Source: a virus
Taxonomy: Duplodnaviria > Caudoviricetes
Strand: one strand, 5' to 3'
Length of the DNA: 64,000 nt
Virus record (IMG/VR): IMGVR_UViG_3300032330_001040
Location: 32,001 to 96,000 of that record
Each line of letters begins with the position of its first letter. The first letter of the stretch is position 1. Positions 10,772-21,718 of the stretch are shown here, piece by piece. Below the pieces are notes generated by a model that saw nothing but the letters and a program-made list of their open reading frames with translations, made no database searches and had not been told where the DNA came from. A program made the translations under genes and the position numbers.

Positions 10772-12450
10772 TGGCAACACAAAAGAAAGAGTCGTATCGT
10801 GATAATCCTCTACTAAAAAGAGTAGGTATAGATGTTAGTTTTACCGAAGAACAAGTAGAAGAATATATTAAATGTCGAAAAGACCCATTATATTTTGCCA
10901 AATACATTAAAATTATCACACTTGATGAAGGTGTGACTGAGTTTAAAATGTATGACTTTCAAGAAGAAATGATACGAACATTTCACAATAACCGTTTTAC
11001 CATCATGAAATGTCCTCGTCAGGTTGGTAAAACTACTACAACAGTCGCATATCTTCTTTGGACAATTCTATTCCAAGATTCTCAATCTGTAGCAGTTCTT
11101 GCTAACCGAGGTGAAACCGCTCGTGGTATTTTAAGTAAGTTACAATTAGCTTATGAAAATTTACCTATGTGGTTACAACAAGGCGTTGTTGAATGGAACA
11201 AAGGCCGGGTAGAATTAGAAAACGGTTCTGTTATCGTAGCATCTTCAACATCAAGTTCAGCGGCTCGTTCTGGTTCGTTTAACATTGTGTTCTTAGATGA
11301 GTTTGCTTTCGTACCATCTAATATTGCTACAGAATTCTTTACCTCAGTTTATCCTGTTATTACTGCTGGTACAAAAACAAAGATTATTATTGTTTCTACA
11401 CCTAACGGCATGAATTTGTTTTATAAAATTTGGACTGATGCAGTTAATAAAAACAATAATTATATTCCATTTGAAGTTCATTGGTCAATGGTACCAGGTA
11501 GAGATGAAGCTTGGAAAGAAGAAACTATTAAGAATACTTCCGAAAGACAATTCAGACAAGAGTTTGAAACTGAATTCTTAGGTTCTTCTAATACACTTAT
11601 CTCTGGTCAAAAATTACAACAGTTGGCTTATAAACCACCAATTGCCAACCACGACAAGATGAATATCTATAAACATCCTGTAAAAGGTAATGATGAAACT
11701 ACCAAAGACCACTTATATGGTATTTGGGTTGATGTATCTGAAGGTAAAAATTTAGACTGTTCTACTTTTTCTGTAATAGATATATCAACCACACCATATG
11801 AGCAAGTAGCCACATATAGAAGTTCTTCAATTTCTCCTATACTTTTTCCAACAGTCATCTATAATGCTGCTAAGTATTATAATGATGCTTATGTTTTAGT
11901 AGAGATAAATAACACACCACAAGTTGCTGATATTTTACACCAAGACCTTGAGTATGAAAATTTATTTAAAGTATTTACAGGTAATAAACAACCACAACAG
12001 TTGTCAGCTGGGTTTGCTAGAGGTGTACAACTAGGTTTGAAAATGTCAGTTCAAGTTAAAAGAATGGGTTGTTCTAATCTTAAGACTTTAATTGAAGGCA
12101 ATAAATTACTTATTAATGATTTTGATACAATATCAGAGTTAACTACTTTTGTTGCTAATAAAACATCATTTTCAGCAGAAGCAGAAGCAAATGATGATAT
12201 GGTTATGGGTTTAGTGATGTTTGCGTGGGCAACCACACAAAAATATTTTAAAGAAATAGTAAATCATGATATAAGAAAACAGATTCAGTTGGAAGATATG
12301 AATCAACTGGACCAAGAAATATTGCCAGCACCAATTATTGAAGATGGACTGGAACATAAATTTGAAGTTTTCGATGGTGATGTATGGGAAGCCGCTGATG
12401 GTGGCGAAATTTATTCAAGTTTTATCAGAGATTCTATTAGGAATCTATAA
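10771..12450 (+). CDS. gp17: Terminase large subunit
   Basis: PRQVGKTT Walker A, FLDEFAF Walker B, STPNG, FRQEFE, DDMVM nuclease motif. Confidence 0.97.
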   Translation: MATQKKESYRDNPLLKRVGIDVSFTEEQVEEYIKCRKDPLYFAKYIKIITLDEGVTEFKMYDFQEEMIRTFHNNRFTIMKCPRQVGKTTTTVAYLLWTILFQDSQSVAVLANRGETARGILSKLQLAYENLPMWLQQGVVEWNKGRVELENGSVIVASSTSSSAARSGSFNIVFLDEFAFVPSNIATEFFTSVYPVITAGTKTKIIIVSTPNGMNLFYKIWTDAVNKNNNYIPFEVHWSMVPGRDEAWKEETIKNTSERQFRQEFETEFLGSSNTLISGQKLQQLAYKPPIANHDKMNIYKHPVKGNDETTKDHLYGIWVDVSEGKNLDCSTFSVIDISTTPYEQVATYRSSSISPILFPTVIYNAAKYYNDAYVLVEINNTPQVADILHQDLEYENLFKVFTGNKQPQQLSAGFARGVQLGLKMSVQVKRMGCSNLKTLIEGNKLLINDFDTISELTTFVANKTSFSAEAEANDDMVMGLVMFAWATTQKYFKEIVNHDIRKQIQLEDMNQLDQEILPAPIIEDGLEHKFEVFDGDVWEAADGGEIYSSFIRDSIRNL

Positions 12451-12520
12451 AGATAGCGTTTGATAAATATAGTAATGGTATTATAACTGCCAATAACATA
12501 ATAATTTAAGGAGAACACAA

Positions 12521-14290
12521 ATGGCATTTCAAATCTCTCCAGGTGTAGCCACTTCCGAAGTCGATTTAACGACAGTAGTTCCTTCGGTACAAACTACAGC
12601 CGGTGCATTCGTAGGGTCTTTTACATGGGGACCTGCGGAAAAAGTAATTCAAATTACTAATGAAACAGAATTACTTAGTAAATTTGGTAAACCTGTAACA
12701 ACCGCAGGAACCACAATAGCTGCTAATGTAATTACAAGTTTTCACACTGCTGCTTCTTTTTTAGCTTATGGAAATAATCTTAAAGTTGTTAGACAAATTA
12801 GTTCTTTATCTAATAATGCTACAGCAAATTCTTCTAGTCCTGGTGTACAAGTAAAAAATGAAGATATTTTTGAATATTCTTATTTAAATACAACAAATAA
12901 TAATAACGCATATGGTGCTTTTATAGCAAGATACCCAGGAACTTTAGGTAATTCATTAACTGTATCTGCTTGTGATGCTGGTGGTGCTTTTTCAACATGG
13001 AATGTTAATGGTGTTGGTGTTTCTACTTATTTCCCTGGCGCTCCAGGAACTTCTGCTCAAGCTACAGCCGCTGGAGCATCAAATGATGAAATACATATTG
13101 TTGTTGTAGATAGTGGTGGAGAATTTACAGGTACAAAAAATACAGTATTAGAAGTATATCCGTATTTGTCAAAAGCTCGTGATTCAGTAGATTCTTTAGG
13201 AAATTCAAATCATTATATTGATTATCTTTATAAAAATTCAAAATATGTTTATGCAATTGATCCTCCTTTAAGAAATACCCCAGGTTCAGCAGGAACTACT
13301 CCAGCAAATACATGGATATATCCTTTAGCAAATACAACTAATACAGCTTATGCTACAATGAATACGACACCAACATTAACATTAGGTGGCGGTACTTCTG
13401 TTGTATCTACAGATGCAGAAAAAATTACTGCTTGGAATTATTTTTCAAATCCAGATTCAGTTGATATTTCTTTAGCAATAACTGGAAGTTCTAATATTAC
13501 AATTCAACAACACGTTATTGATAATATTGCAACCTCTAGAAAAGATTGTGTAGCTTTCATTTCACCTCCTTCAGTAAACGTTATTAATCAAACAGGTAGT
13601 GAAACAACTAATATTCAAAATTGGATAGCAGCATTAAGTCGCTCTTCATCTTATGTTTTTGCTGATTCTGGTTGGAAATATATGTTTGACAAGTACACTA
13701 ACGCTTATCAATGGATTCCATTAAACGGAGACATTGCTGGTTTATGTGTTTATACTGATGCTGTTCGGGATCCTTGGTATTCACCTGCTGGTTATAACCG
13801 TGGTAACTTAAAGAATGTTGTTAAGTTAGCATGGAATCCAAATAAAACACAACGTGATAGTTTATACTCTATTGGTGTTAATCCAGTTGGTACATTCCCT
13901 GGTCAAGGTACTGTATTGTTTGGAGATAAAACATTACAATCCAAACCATCTGCATTCGATAGAATCAATGTTCGTAGATTGTTTATTGTGTTAGAAAAAT
14001 CAATTGCTCAAGCAGCTAAGTTTTCTTTGTTTGAATTTAATGATGTTTCTACACAAAATCAATTTGTTAATTTGATAACTCCATTTTTAGCAGACATTAA
14101 AGCACGCCGTGGTATCTATGACTTCCGTGTTGTTTGTGATTCTACAAATAATACTCCGGCAGTTATTGATGCTAATCAATTTGTTGGTGATATTTACGTT
14201 AAACCTTCTCGTTCAGTTAACTATATTCAATTGAATTTTGTTGCTGTAAGAACTGGTGTCGATTTCACAACAATCGTTGGACAAGCTTAA
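12521..14290 (+). CDS. gp18: Tail sheath protein
   Basis: SPGV..SEVDLT; PWYSPAGYNRG; FDRINVRRLF; contractile-tail marker. Confidence 0.97.
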   Translation: MAFQISPGVATSEVDLTTVVPSVQTTAGAFVGSFTWGPAEKVIQITNETELLSKFGKPVTTAGTTIAANVITSFHTAASFLAYGNNLKVVRQISSLSNNATANSSSPGVQVKNEDIFEYSYLNTTNNNNAYGAFIARYPGTLGNSLTVSACDAGGAFSTWNVNGVGVSTYFPGAPGTSAQATAAGASNDEIHIVVVDSGGEFTGTKNTVLEVYPYLSKARDSVDSLGNSNHYIDYLYKNSKYVYAIDPPLRNTPGSAGTTPANTWIYPLANTTNTAYATMNTTPTLTLGGGTSVVSTDAEKITAWNYFSNPDSVDISLAITGSSNITIQQHVIDNIATSRKDCVAFISPPSVNVINQTGSETTNIQNWIAALSRSSSYVFADSGWKYMFDKYTNAYQWIPLNGDIAGLCVYTDAVRDPWYSPAGYNRGNLKNVVKLAWNPNKTQRDSLYSIGVNPVGTFPGQGTVLFGDKTLQSKPSAFDRINVRRLFIVLEKSIAQAAKFSLFEFNDVSTQNQFVNLITPFLADIKARRGIYDFRVVCDSTNNTPAVIDANQFVGDIYVKPSRSVNYIQLNFVAVRTGVDFTTIVGQA

Positions 14291-14319
14291 TAAATAATAC
14301 AACGATATAGGAGAAAAAA

Positions 14320-14868
14320 ATGGCATTTAACGTATCACAATTTAGGTCAGAACTTCAGTTTGACGGAGCTCGGCCAAATCTTTTCGAAGTGAATTTAACA
14401 TTCCCAACAGCAGTACCTGGTGCTGGTGATGCCACTCGTAAAGCTTTGTTCCAAGCAAAATCTGCTCAGTTACCTGGTTCAACTATTGGTACTGTTCCAT
14501 TATATTATTTTGGTCGTGAAATGAAATTTGCTGGTAACAGAACTTTCACAGATTGGACAGTAACAATTATCAATGATGAAGATTTTACAATCCGTAATTC
14601 TTTAGAAAAATGGATGAATCTAATCAATGGTCACTCAGGTAATGTAAGAAATGCAGCCTTTAATACACCATTAGGTTATACCGTTAACGCAAACGTAGTA
14701 CAATATGGTAAAGATAGTTCTGTATTAAAGAGATGTACTTTTGTTGGAATGTTTCCAGTTGATGTAGCGCCAATTGATTTAGATTGGGGTTCAAATGATT
14801 CTATTGAAGAATATTCAGTAACATTTGCTTATCAATACTGGACTTCAGATTCAACAGATAACGTTTAA
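14320..14868 (+). CDS. gp19: Tail tube protein
   Basis: GARPNLFEV...GREMKFAGNRTFTDWTVTIINDEDF...FAYQYW. Confidence 0.95.
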   Translation: MAFNVSQFRSELQFDGARPNLFEVNLTFPTAVPGAGDATRKALFQAKSAQLPGSTIGTVPLYYFGREMKFAGNRTFTDWTVTIINDEDFTIRNSLEKWMNLINGHSGNVRNAAFNTPLGYTVNANVVQYGKDSSVLKRCTFVGMFPVDVAPIDLDWGSNDSIEEYSVTFAYQYWTSDSTDNV

Positions 14869-14883
14869 TTTTTATTATTTTAT

Positions 14884-14908
14884 AGAGAGGACTCAGGTCC
14901 TCTCTTTT
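14884..14908 (+). terminator. Rho-independent terminator after gp19
   Basis: AGAGAGGAC-TCAG-GTCCTCTCT followed by T-rich tract. Confidence 0.65.
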
Positions 14909-14936
14909 ATGTTTTTTTGAATTGAAATAGGACAAT

Positions 14937-16565
14937 ATGGCCGCTAATAAATTTTCACTTTTTGGTTTTACAATTTCACGGAAAGACGATGACGTCCAAG
15001 CCGTGCAACAATCCTTTACGCCTCCAGTTAATGATGATGGTGCTCTTACCATTACTTCTGCCGCTTACTATGGCACTTACGTTGACTTAGACGGCTCCGC
15101 TAAAAATGAAATAGAACTCATTGGTCGATATCGTGAAATGGCAATGCAGCCAGAAATTGAATCTGCTATTGATGACATTATCAATGAAGCTATTTGCCAA
15201 GATGATGATGGTAGAAATATTCGTATGATTTTGGACGAATTAAAGCAACCAGATAAAATTAAAAAATCATTACAAACAGAATTTAGTACCGTGCTTAGAT
15301 TGTTAAACTATAATCAAATGGCACAAGACATTTTTCGTAGATACTATGTTGATGGTAGATTATATTACCACATGATTATTGATAGAGAAGCGCCTACAGA
15401 AGGTATTAAAGAATTAAGATATATTGACCCACGAAAAATTCGTAAAGTTAGAGAAGTTAAAAAATCAAAAGACGAAAGGACTGGCGTAGAAGTTGCCAAT
15501 GTAATCAATGAATACTACATTTTTAACGATAAAGTTATTTCTGGTTCTTCTAGTAATTTTGGGCCTGTGGGTGTTAGAATTACCACCGACTCAATTATTT
15601 CTGTTGTTAGTGGTCTTATGGACTCTCGTAGGGCTGTGGTATTGTCATACCTACACAAAGCGATAAAACCACTTAACCAATTAAGGATGATTGAAGATGC
15701 TACTGTCATATATCGAATTTCTAGGGCTCCTGAGCGTAGGATTTTTTATATTGATGTGGGTAATTTACCGAAATTAAAGGCAGAACAATACCTTCGTGAC
15801 ATCATGGTTAAGTATAAAAATAAATTAGTCTATGATGCTGTTACAGGTGAAGTAAGAGATGACCGTAAATTCTTATCAATGATGGAAGATTTTTGGTTAC
15901 CTCGTAGAGAAGGTGGTAAAGGTACCGAAATCTCAACATTACCTGGCGGCCAAAACTTAGGTGAGTTGGAAGATGTTAAATATTTTGAAAAGAAATTATA
16001 TAAAGCACTTAGTGTTCCAGTCTCACGTTTAAATCCAGAATCTTCTGGTTTTTCATTAGGTCGTACCAATGAAATTACCCGTGACGAATTAAAGTTTGCT
16101 AAATTTGTTGACAGACTTCGTAATAAATTTTCTAATTTATTTGACCAAGCAATGCGTGTACAAGTAGTATTAAAAGGTATTTGTACAGCAGAAGAATGGG
16201 ACATGATGAAAGAAAATATTTATTATGATTTCATTAAAGATAACAACTTTACAGAATTAAAAGATGCTGAGTTAATGACTAATCGTTTAGGTTTGTTACA
16301 GACTATTGACCCATATACAGGTAGATACTTTTCTCAATTATGGATTCAAAGAAATGTTTTACGTTTATCTGATGATGAGATTGAAGAAATGGATAAAGAA
16401 ATTGAAATGGAAAAAGAACAAGGACTTGGACTACCAGTTGGTGTAATGAATGATGTATCACAACAACAAATGATGTCTCAAGTGCCGGCACAACCTCAGA
16501 ATCCAGAGGACCAAAAACATGAAATTGCAATGGCAACAAAACAACAATCCAAAAGTGATAAATAA
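14937..16565 (+). CDS. gp20: Portal vertex protein
   Basis: YLHKAIKPLNQLRMIEDA.VIYRISRAPERRIFYIDVGNLP...EDFWLPRREGGKGTEI. Confidence 0.98.
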   Translation: MAANKFSLFGFTISRKDDDVQAVQQSFTPPVNDDGALTITSAAYYGTYVDLDGSAKNEIELIGRYREMAMQPEIESAIDDIINEAICQDDDGRNIRMILDELKQPDKIKKSLQTEFSTVLRLLNYNQMAQDIFRRYYVDGRLYYHMIIDREAPTEGIKELRYIDPRKIRKVREVKKSKDERTGVEVANVINEYYIFNDKVISGSSSNFGPVGVRITTDSIISVVSGLMDSRRAVVLSYLHKAIKPLNQLRMIEDATVIYRISRAPERRIFYIDVGNLPKLKAEQYLRDIMVKYKNKLVYDAVTGEVRDDRKFLSMMEDFWLPRREGGKGTEISTLPGGQNLGELEDVKYFEKKLYKALSVPVSRLNPESSGFSLGRTNEITRDELKFAKFVDRLRNKFSNLFDQAMRVQVVLKGICTAEEWDMMKENIYYDFIKDNNFTELKDAELMTNRLGLLQTIDPYTGRYFSQLWIQRNVLRLSDDEIEEMDKEIEMEKEQGLGLPVGVMNDVSQQQMMSQVPAQPQNPEDQKHEIAMATKQQSKSDK

Positions 16566-16583
16566 ATTAATTAGGAGAATAAA

Positions 16584-16763
16584 ATGGAAAAAAGTATAAT
16601 CGACTACGCAATGGACCAAGATGGTGTTCAATTTAGAAATGCACTATATGCTTCTATTCAAGATAAAGTAACTGCACATATCGAAGCAGCTAAACAAAGT
16701 TTGGCAAAAAATTTAATTACGCCACAAGATTATGAAGAATCTGAAGAACAATCAGAAGAATAG
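16584..16763 (+). CDS. Small acidic prohead core protein (gp67 position), 59 aa, missing from ORF track
   Basis: AGGAG RBS; MEKSIIDYAMDQDGVQFRNALYASIQDKVTAHIEAAKQSLAKNLITPQDYEESEEQSEE; lies between gp20 and gp21. Confidence 0.7.
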   Translation: MEKSIIDYAMDQDGVQFRNALYASIQDKVTAHIEAAKQSLAKNLITPQDYEESEEQSEE

Positions 16764-16787
16764 ATAAATAAATTAACAGGATAAAAA

Positions 16788-17321
16788 ATGGCAACGTCAA
16801 ATAGCACACAAATATTAGTTGATTCAAATAAACGAACCGTCATTAAACGGATTGGTATTTTTGATGCATCTGGAGGAAATGAAAACTTAACAGTTATTAT
16901 TGACCCACGAACTTTGTCTGGTGCTTTAAATGCAAATAATTTACCATATCAAGCTGGTAATACAGTTGCTCCTGGTTTTGCTAATTCTGCATTTACAATT
17001 TCCCGTGTTATCTATAATGTTGATGCAGAAGTTGGTCATTTACAATTAAAGTGGCAAGGTACATCTGCTGACGCTACCATCTTTGCTTTAGGTGTTGGTG
17101 CTGGTGATACAAACCCACAATATCAATTACCTGCAATCACAAACAACGCAAATGGTCCTACAGGTAATGTAACAATTACAACAGTTGGTACTACCGCCAA
17201 TGCTGCTTATACATTAATTATTGAGTTACATAAAGACAATAGATTCTTTGATGCTGGTTGGGGTCGTGACCCAGCTGCATTTAACTACGGAGATTATAGT
17301 ATAACTCCACATACTTCATAG
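16788..17321 (+). CDS. Hypothetical virion-associated protein in head module
   Basis: GATAAATA late motif upstream; beta-rich; located just before gp21. Confidence 0.6.
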   Translation: MATSNSTQILVDSNKRTVIKRIGIFDASGGNENLTVIIDPRTLSGALNANNLPYQAGNTVAPGFANSAFTISRVIYNVDAEVGHLQLKWQGTSADATIFALGVGAGDTNPQYQLPAITNNANGPTGNVTITTVGTTANAAYTLIIELHKDNRFFDAGWGRDPAAFNYGDYSITPHTS

Positions 17322-17328
17322 GCCAATT

Positions 17329-17976
17329 ATGAAACTTATTAAAGAAATAAACGACAACGTAAATTATACCTACTTAGAAGAATCTAACGGTAAAAAATCT
17401 TTACATATTGAAGGACCTTTTTTGGTTGCTGAAACTAAAAATAAAAATGGTCGTTTGTATGAATACAATACTATGAAAAAAGAAGTATCTCGTTATACTA
17501 ATGAGTACATTAACAAAAGCCGAGCCTTTGGTGAATTAGGACATCCTGAATCACCTTCTATTAATCTTGACCGTGTATCACATATGATTGTAGGGTTAAG
17601 AGAAGATGGTAATATTTGGATAGGTAAAGCAAAGATATTAGATACGCCAATGGGTAATATAGCAAAAAGCCTTATTGAAGGTGGTGCTCAGTTAGGTGTA
17701 TCTTCAAGAGGCATGGGTTCATTGAAGAACGTCAATGGCGTTAACGTAGTTCAACCCGATTTTTATCTAGCCACAGCGGCAGATATTGTAGCAGACCCTT
17801 CAGCACCTGGTGCTTTTGTACAAGGTATCATGGAAGGTAAAGAATGGATGTTAGTCAATGGTGTTTGGACAGAACAATATATTGAAGAAGCTAAGAGAGA
17901 AATCAAACAAGCTTCAAGAAAAGATATTGAAGCAGTAAGTCTACGCATATTTGAGAACTTCATGAAAAAACTTTAA
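17329..17976 (+). CDS. gp21: Prohead protease
   Basis: NKNGRLY...RAFGELGHP...DRVSH...LGVSSRGMGS...DIVADPSAPGA. Confidence 0.96.
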   Translation: MKLIKEINDNVNYTYLEESNGKKSLHIEGPFLVAETKNKNGRLYEYNTMKKEVSRYTNEYINKSRAFGELGHPESPSINLDRVSHMIVGLREDGNIWIGKAKILDTPMGNIAKSLIEGGAQLGVSSRGMGSLKNVNGVNVVQPDFYLATAADIVADPSAPGAFVQGIMEGKEWMLVNGVWTEQYIEEAKREIKQASRKDIEAVSLRIFENFMKKL

Positions 17977-18014
17977 ATATAAATATATCCAAATAAATCA
18001 AGGAGATTTTCAAA

Positions 18015-19280
18015 ATGGCAAATTTTAATTTATCTGACGCCGCTAAAAGTGTTTTATTAGGCGAAGATTCGAAATCAATTCAAGCATCTACCATTTACGG
18101 TAAAAGACCTGAAGGTGGTAAGTTACCTACATCAGTAGTTACTGGTCAACAAGACGCAGGTAAAATTGGTGATTCACCAACAAAAATGGGCGATGCAAAT
18201 CCAAACTATACTGCTGGCACACCATCTGCCACTCCTCCAGGCGCTACACCTCCTGTAGGTTCACAAAAAGATGGCGTTGGTGCTTCTAAACCAAAAGGTC
18301 AACCAGGCGATGAAGGTACGGCAACAACTCCTGTACAACAAGCTGCTACTGACTATGCCGCTATTCGTGACCGTATTGCTGGTAAACGTGCTGCACAAAC
18401 TATGACTGCTAATCCAGGCGCTACATTTCAATCTTACGGTGAAGAAGCTGAAGTTGAAGGTGATTTAGTTGAAGAAGAAAAAGAAGAAAAAGGTCATGAA
18501 GATGCAGCTCAAGATAAAAAATTAATCAAAAAAATGATTAGTAAGGAAAAAATGAAAGAAGATATGGACGCTTTACTTTCTGGTGAAAATCTTTCAGAAG
18601 AATTTGTAACTAAAGCCACTACAATTTTTGAAGCTGCTGTTATTGCTCGTGCTGAAGAAGTTATTGCTGAAGCCGAAGAGCAGTTAATGGAAGAATTTGA
18701 AATTGCCGTTGAGTCAATCAAAGAAGATTTGGCAGCTAAAGTAGATGACTACCTAAATTATATGGTAGAAGAATGGATGAAAGATAACGAACTTGCAATT
18801 CAATCTGGTCTCAAATCAGAGATTACAGAAGAATTCTTAACTGGTTTAAGAGATTTATTCATTGAACACAACATTGATATCCCTGAAGATAAGGTAGATA
18901 TTGTTGAAGAATTGGCAGCTCAATTAGAAGCTACTGAAGCCGTTCTAAATGAAGAAATTGCTCGTGGTGTTGAATTAACAAAAGCACTAAACGAACAGAA
19001 AAAAATTGAGGCTATCTACACAGCGTGTGAAGGCCTAACGCAAACTCAAGTAGAAAAAATGAAGTCGCTCGCAGAGGGCGTTGACTTTACTACTGAGGAA
19101 GAGTTTACAACCAAACTTGAAACTTTGAAAGAATCATATTTCAAAGCAGATGTGAAAGTTGCAACTACTGATGCTTTAGATGACGAAGTTTTGCTAGAAG
19201 AAGAAAAGAGGACAATTAAATCTTCAAATTCTGAAATCGATTATTATGCAAAAACTATTTCACAGACTTTGGTAAAATAA
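18015..19280 (+). CDS. gp22: Prohead scaffolding/core protein
   Basis: Acidic coiled coil, LSEEF..KATTIFEAAV, VDDYLNYMVEEWM; between gp21 and gp23. Confidence 0.9.
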   Translation: MANFNLSDAAKSVLLGEDSKSIQASTIYGKRPEGGKLPTSVVTGQQDAGKIGDSPTKMGDANPNYTAGTPSATPPGATPPVGSQKDGVGASKPKGQPGDEGTATTPVQQAATDYAAIRDRIAGKRAAQTMTANPGATFQSYGEEAEVEGDLVEEEKEEKGHEDAAQDKKLIKKMISKEKMKEDMDALLSGENLSEEFVTKATTIFEAAVIARAEEVIAEAEEQLMEEFEIAVESIKEDLAAKVDDYLNYMVEEWMKDNELAIQSGLKSEITEEFLTGLRDLFIEHNIDIPEDKVDIVEELAAQLEATEAVLNEEIARGVELTKALNEQKKIEAIYTACEGLTQTQVEKMKSLAEGVDFTTEEEFTTKLETLKESYFKADVKVATTDALDDEVLLEEEKRTIKSSNSEIDYYAKTISQTLVK

Positions 19281-19321
19281 TAAATAAAATACCAAAACAA
19301 GAAACTCACAAGGAGAATTAA

Positions 19322-20647
19322 ATGTATTTAACAGAAGAATTATCAAAAGCTTGGTCTCCAGTTCTGGATCATCCAGAATTAGAACCAATTAAAGACCCGT
19401 ACAAGCGTGCAGTTACAACTGTTATTCTTGAAAATCAACGTCAAGCTATGGCTCAAGACCGTCAACAGTTAAATGAAACTTTAACTGATACTGGTCCTAC
19501 AAACTTAGCTGGTGGTGTTCAAAACTTTGACCCAATCTTGATTTCTTTAGTACGCCGTGCTTTGCCTAACTTAATCGCTTATGACGTTGCTGGTGTTCAA
19601 CCAATGACTGGTCCTACAGGTTTAATTTTCGCAATGCGTGCTCGTTACGAAAATCAATCTGGTGCTGAAGCTTTCTACAATGAAGCAAACACAGTATTCT
19701 CAGGTACTAAATCTATCAACAACCCATACGGTTTTCAAGGTTCATTAGCAACTGATACTGCAAACACATTCCAAAACGTAACTTCTGGTGCAACTACTTC
19801 TGGTATTGCATTCCCAACAGCTAACGCTGAGTTGTTAGGTTCTGAGTCTGGTGCTGCTTTCCAACAGATGGCATTCACGATTGACAAAGTTACTGTAACT
19901 GCTCAATCACGTGCTCTCAAGGCTGAGTACTCATTAGAATTAGCACAAGACTTAAAAGCAATTCATGGTCTTGACGCTGAAACAGAATTGTCTAACATTC
20001 TGTCTACAGAAATTTTAGCTGAAATTAATCGTGAAGTTATCCGTACAATCTATACTTGTGCTGTTGCTGGTGCTCAGTATGGTACTACTTCTGCTGGTTA
20101 CTTTGACTTAGACACAGACTCTAACGGTCGTTGGTCAGTTGAGCGTTTCAAAGGTTTGATTTTCCAAATCGAACGTGATGCTAACGTAATTGCAAAACAA
20201 ACTCGTAGAGGTAAAGGTAACGTATTAATCGTTTCTTCTGACGTTGCTTCTGCTATGGCAATGGCTGGTGTATTGTCTTATACTCCTGCTCTCCAAGCTG
20301 ACTTGCAAGTAGATGATACTGGTAATACATTTGCTGGTTTGTTACATGGCCGTATCAAAGTTTATATCGACCCATATTTTGGTGGTTACATTGCTAACCA
20401 AGAACTCGTAACTATCGGTTACAAAGGTTCTTCACCATATGATGCTGGTATTTTCTATTGTCCATACGTTCCTCTCCAAATGGTTCGTGCTGTTGACCAG
20501 TTTACATTCCAACCTAAGATTGGTTTCAAAACTCGTTACGGTATGGTTGCTAACCCATTTGCAAAAGGTTTAACTGCTGGTACAGGTACATTAGATGCTC
20601 GTACTAACGTTTATTACCGTTTGTTTGGCGTTAAGAACTTGATGTAA
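19322..20647 (+). CDS. gp23: Major capsid protein
   Basis: LISLVRRALPNLIAYDVAGVQPMTGPTGLIFAMR...SRALKAEYSLELAQDLKAIHGLDAE...FQPKIGFKTRYG. Confidence 0.99.
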   Translation: MYLTEELSKAWSPVLDHPELEPIKDPYKRAVTTVILENQRQAMAQDRQQLNETLTDTGPTNLAGGVQNFDPILISLVRRALPNLIAYDVAGVQPMTGPTGLIFAMRARYENQSGAEAFYNEANTVFSGTKSINNPYGFQGSLATDTANTFQNVTSGATTSGIAFPTANAELLGSESGAAFQQMAFTIDKVTVTAQSRALKAEYSLELAQDLKAIHGLDAETELSNILSTEILAEINREVIRTIYTCAVAGAQYGTTSAGYFDLDTDSNGRWSVERFKGLIFQIERDANVIAKQTRRGKGNVLIVSSDVASAMAMAGVLSYTPALQADLQVDDTGNTFAGLLHGRIKVYIDPYFGGYIANQELVTIGYKGSSPYDAGIFYCPYVPLQMVRAVDQFTFQPKIGFKTRYGMVANPFAKGLTAGTGTLDARTNVYYRLFGVKNLM

Positions 20648-20674
20648 TCAAATCACCACAGAGTGATACTTTAG

Positions 20675-20702
20675 AGAGACCTCTTTGGAGGTCTCTTTTT
20701 TT
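20675..20702 (+). terminator. Rho-independent terminator after gp23
   Basis: AGAGACCTC-TTTG-GAGGTCTCT + T run. Confidence 0.85.
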
Positions 20703-20746
20703 ATAAGATAAATAGATATATAAACTTTAGCTTACTGGAGAATAAA

Positions 20747-21715
20747 ATGAAAAAAACTTTAAATTGGGTATTAGCTCACGAGCCATATCACGTTTTCATC
20801 AAAGCTGCCAAAAGTTTTGCTGAAGAAGTTTATGCAGAAACCAATGGAGAATACAAAATTAATGTGGTTAGTTTATCTGAGTGGAACAAACTATCACAAA
20901 CAAATTTAACCAATCACACAACAGACCGTGAAAAAATTATCAATTTAATTGATGATGGTGCGATTGATTTGGCTACTGTTTATGCAAGTACACTTGGTAA
21001 ATTTGATAACGATATTAATGCTTTAGCTATGCCTTTTTTATTCAATAATCATGAAGAAGCAAGCAACATCATTGATGGTCAAATTGGACAACATTTACTT
21101 TCTAAAATTGCCAAACGTAAAAATATTCGAGGATTAACATTTACTTATAGTGGTGGTTTTAAAATTATTCCAAGTACAAAAGCAATTGAAACATTAGAAG
21201 ATTTCTATCGTTTAGATTTAAGTTGCACCAATAATGCTGTATCTATTGGTACCATTGAAGCAGTTGGTGCTAATCCTGTACCAGCAATGATTGAAGATAT
21301 TGCTAAGAAATTATCAATTGGTGAAATTGATGGTGGTGAAACAACATATACACGTTACTTTATTTTAGAACAAGATAAGTATACAAAATATATTAACGAT
21401 AACGAACATAGTTTATTTTTAACAAGCTTAGTTATTAATGAACAACTATGGCAATCTTTAAGTTCAGAAGTACAACAGGTATTTTCTCGTGCGGCTATGA
21501 GAGCGGCAAAGATTGAACGTGAAGATAGTTTGGCGGATAATTTAATTGTTGAAGCACAAGCTGCTAAAGCAGGTATTGTTACTGTAAAAATGAACAACAA
21601 AGAAAAATCTAAATTTGTTAATGCTACTAAAGGTTTGTATAGTGCGTTAAACGGTTACTTTAGTCCAGGTTTATTAAACGAAATTATTGAAAATAAAAAA
21701 TATACAAAACATTAA
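20747..21715 (+). CDS. TRAP-transporter solute-binding protein (DctP-like), no obvious signal peptide
   Basis: FAEEV.AETNGEYKI...ALAMPFLF...GANPVP...GEIDGGE...WQSLSSEVQQVF pattern of the DctP family. Confidence 0.75.
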   Translation: MKKTLNWVLAHEPYHVFIKAAKSFAEEVYAETNGEYKINVVSLSEWNKLSQTNLTNHTTDREKIINLIDDGAIDLATVYASTLGKFDNDINALAMPFLFNNHEEASNIIDGQIGQHLLSKIAKRKNIRGLTFTYSGGFKIIPSTKAIETLEDFYRLDLSCTNNAVSIGTIEAVGANPVPAMIEDIAKKLSIGEIDGGETTYTRYFILEQDKYTKYINDNEHSLFLTSLVINEQLWQSLSSEVQQVFSRAAMRAAKIEREDSLADNLIVEAQAAKAGIVTVKMNNKEKSKFVNATKGLYSALNGYFSPGLLNEIIENKKYTKH

Positions 21716-21718
21716 ATA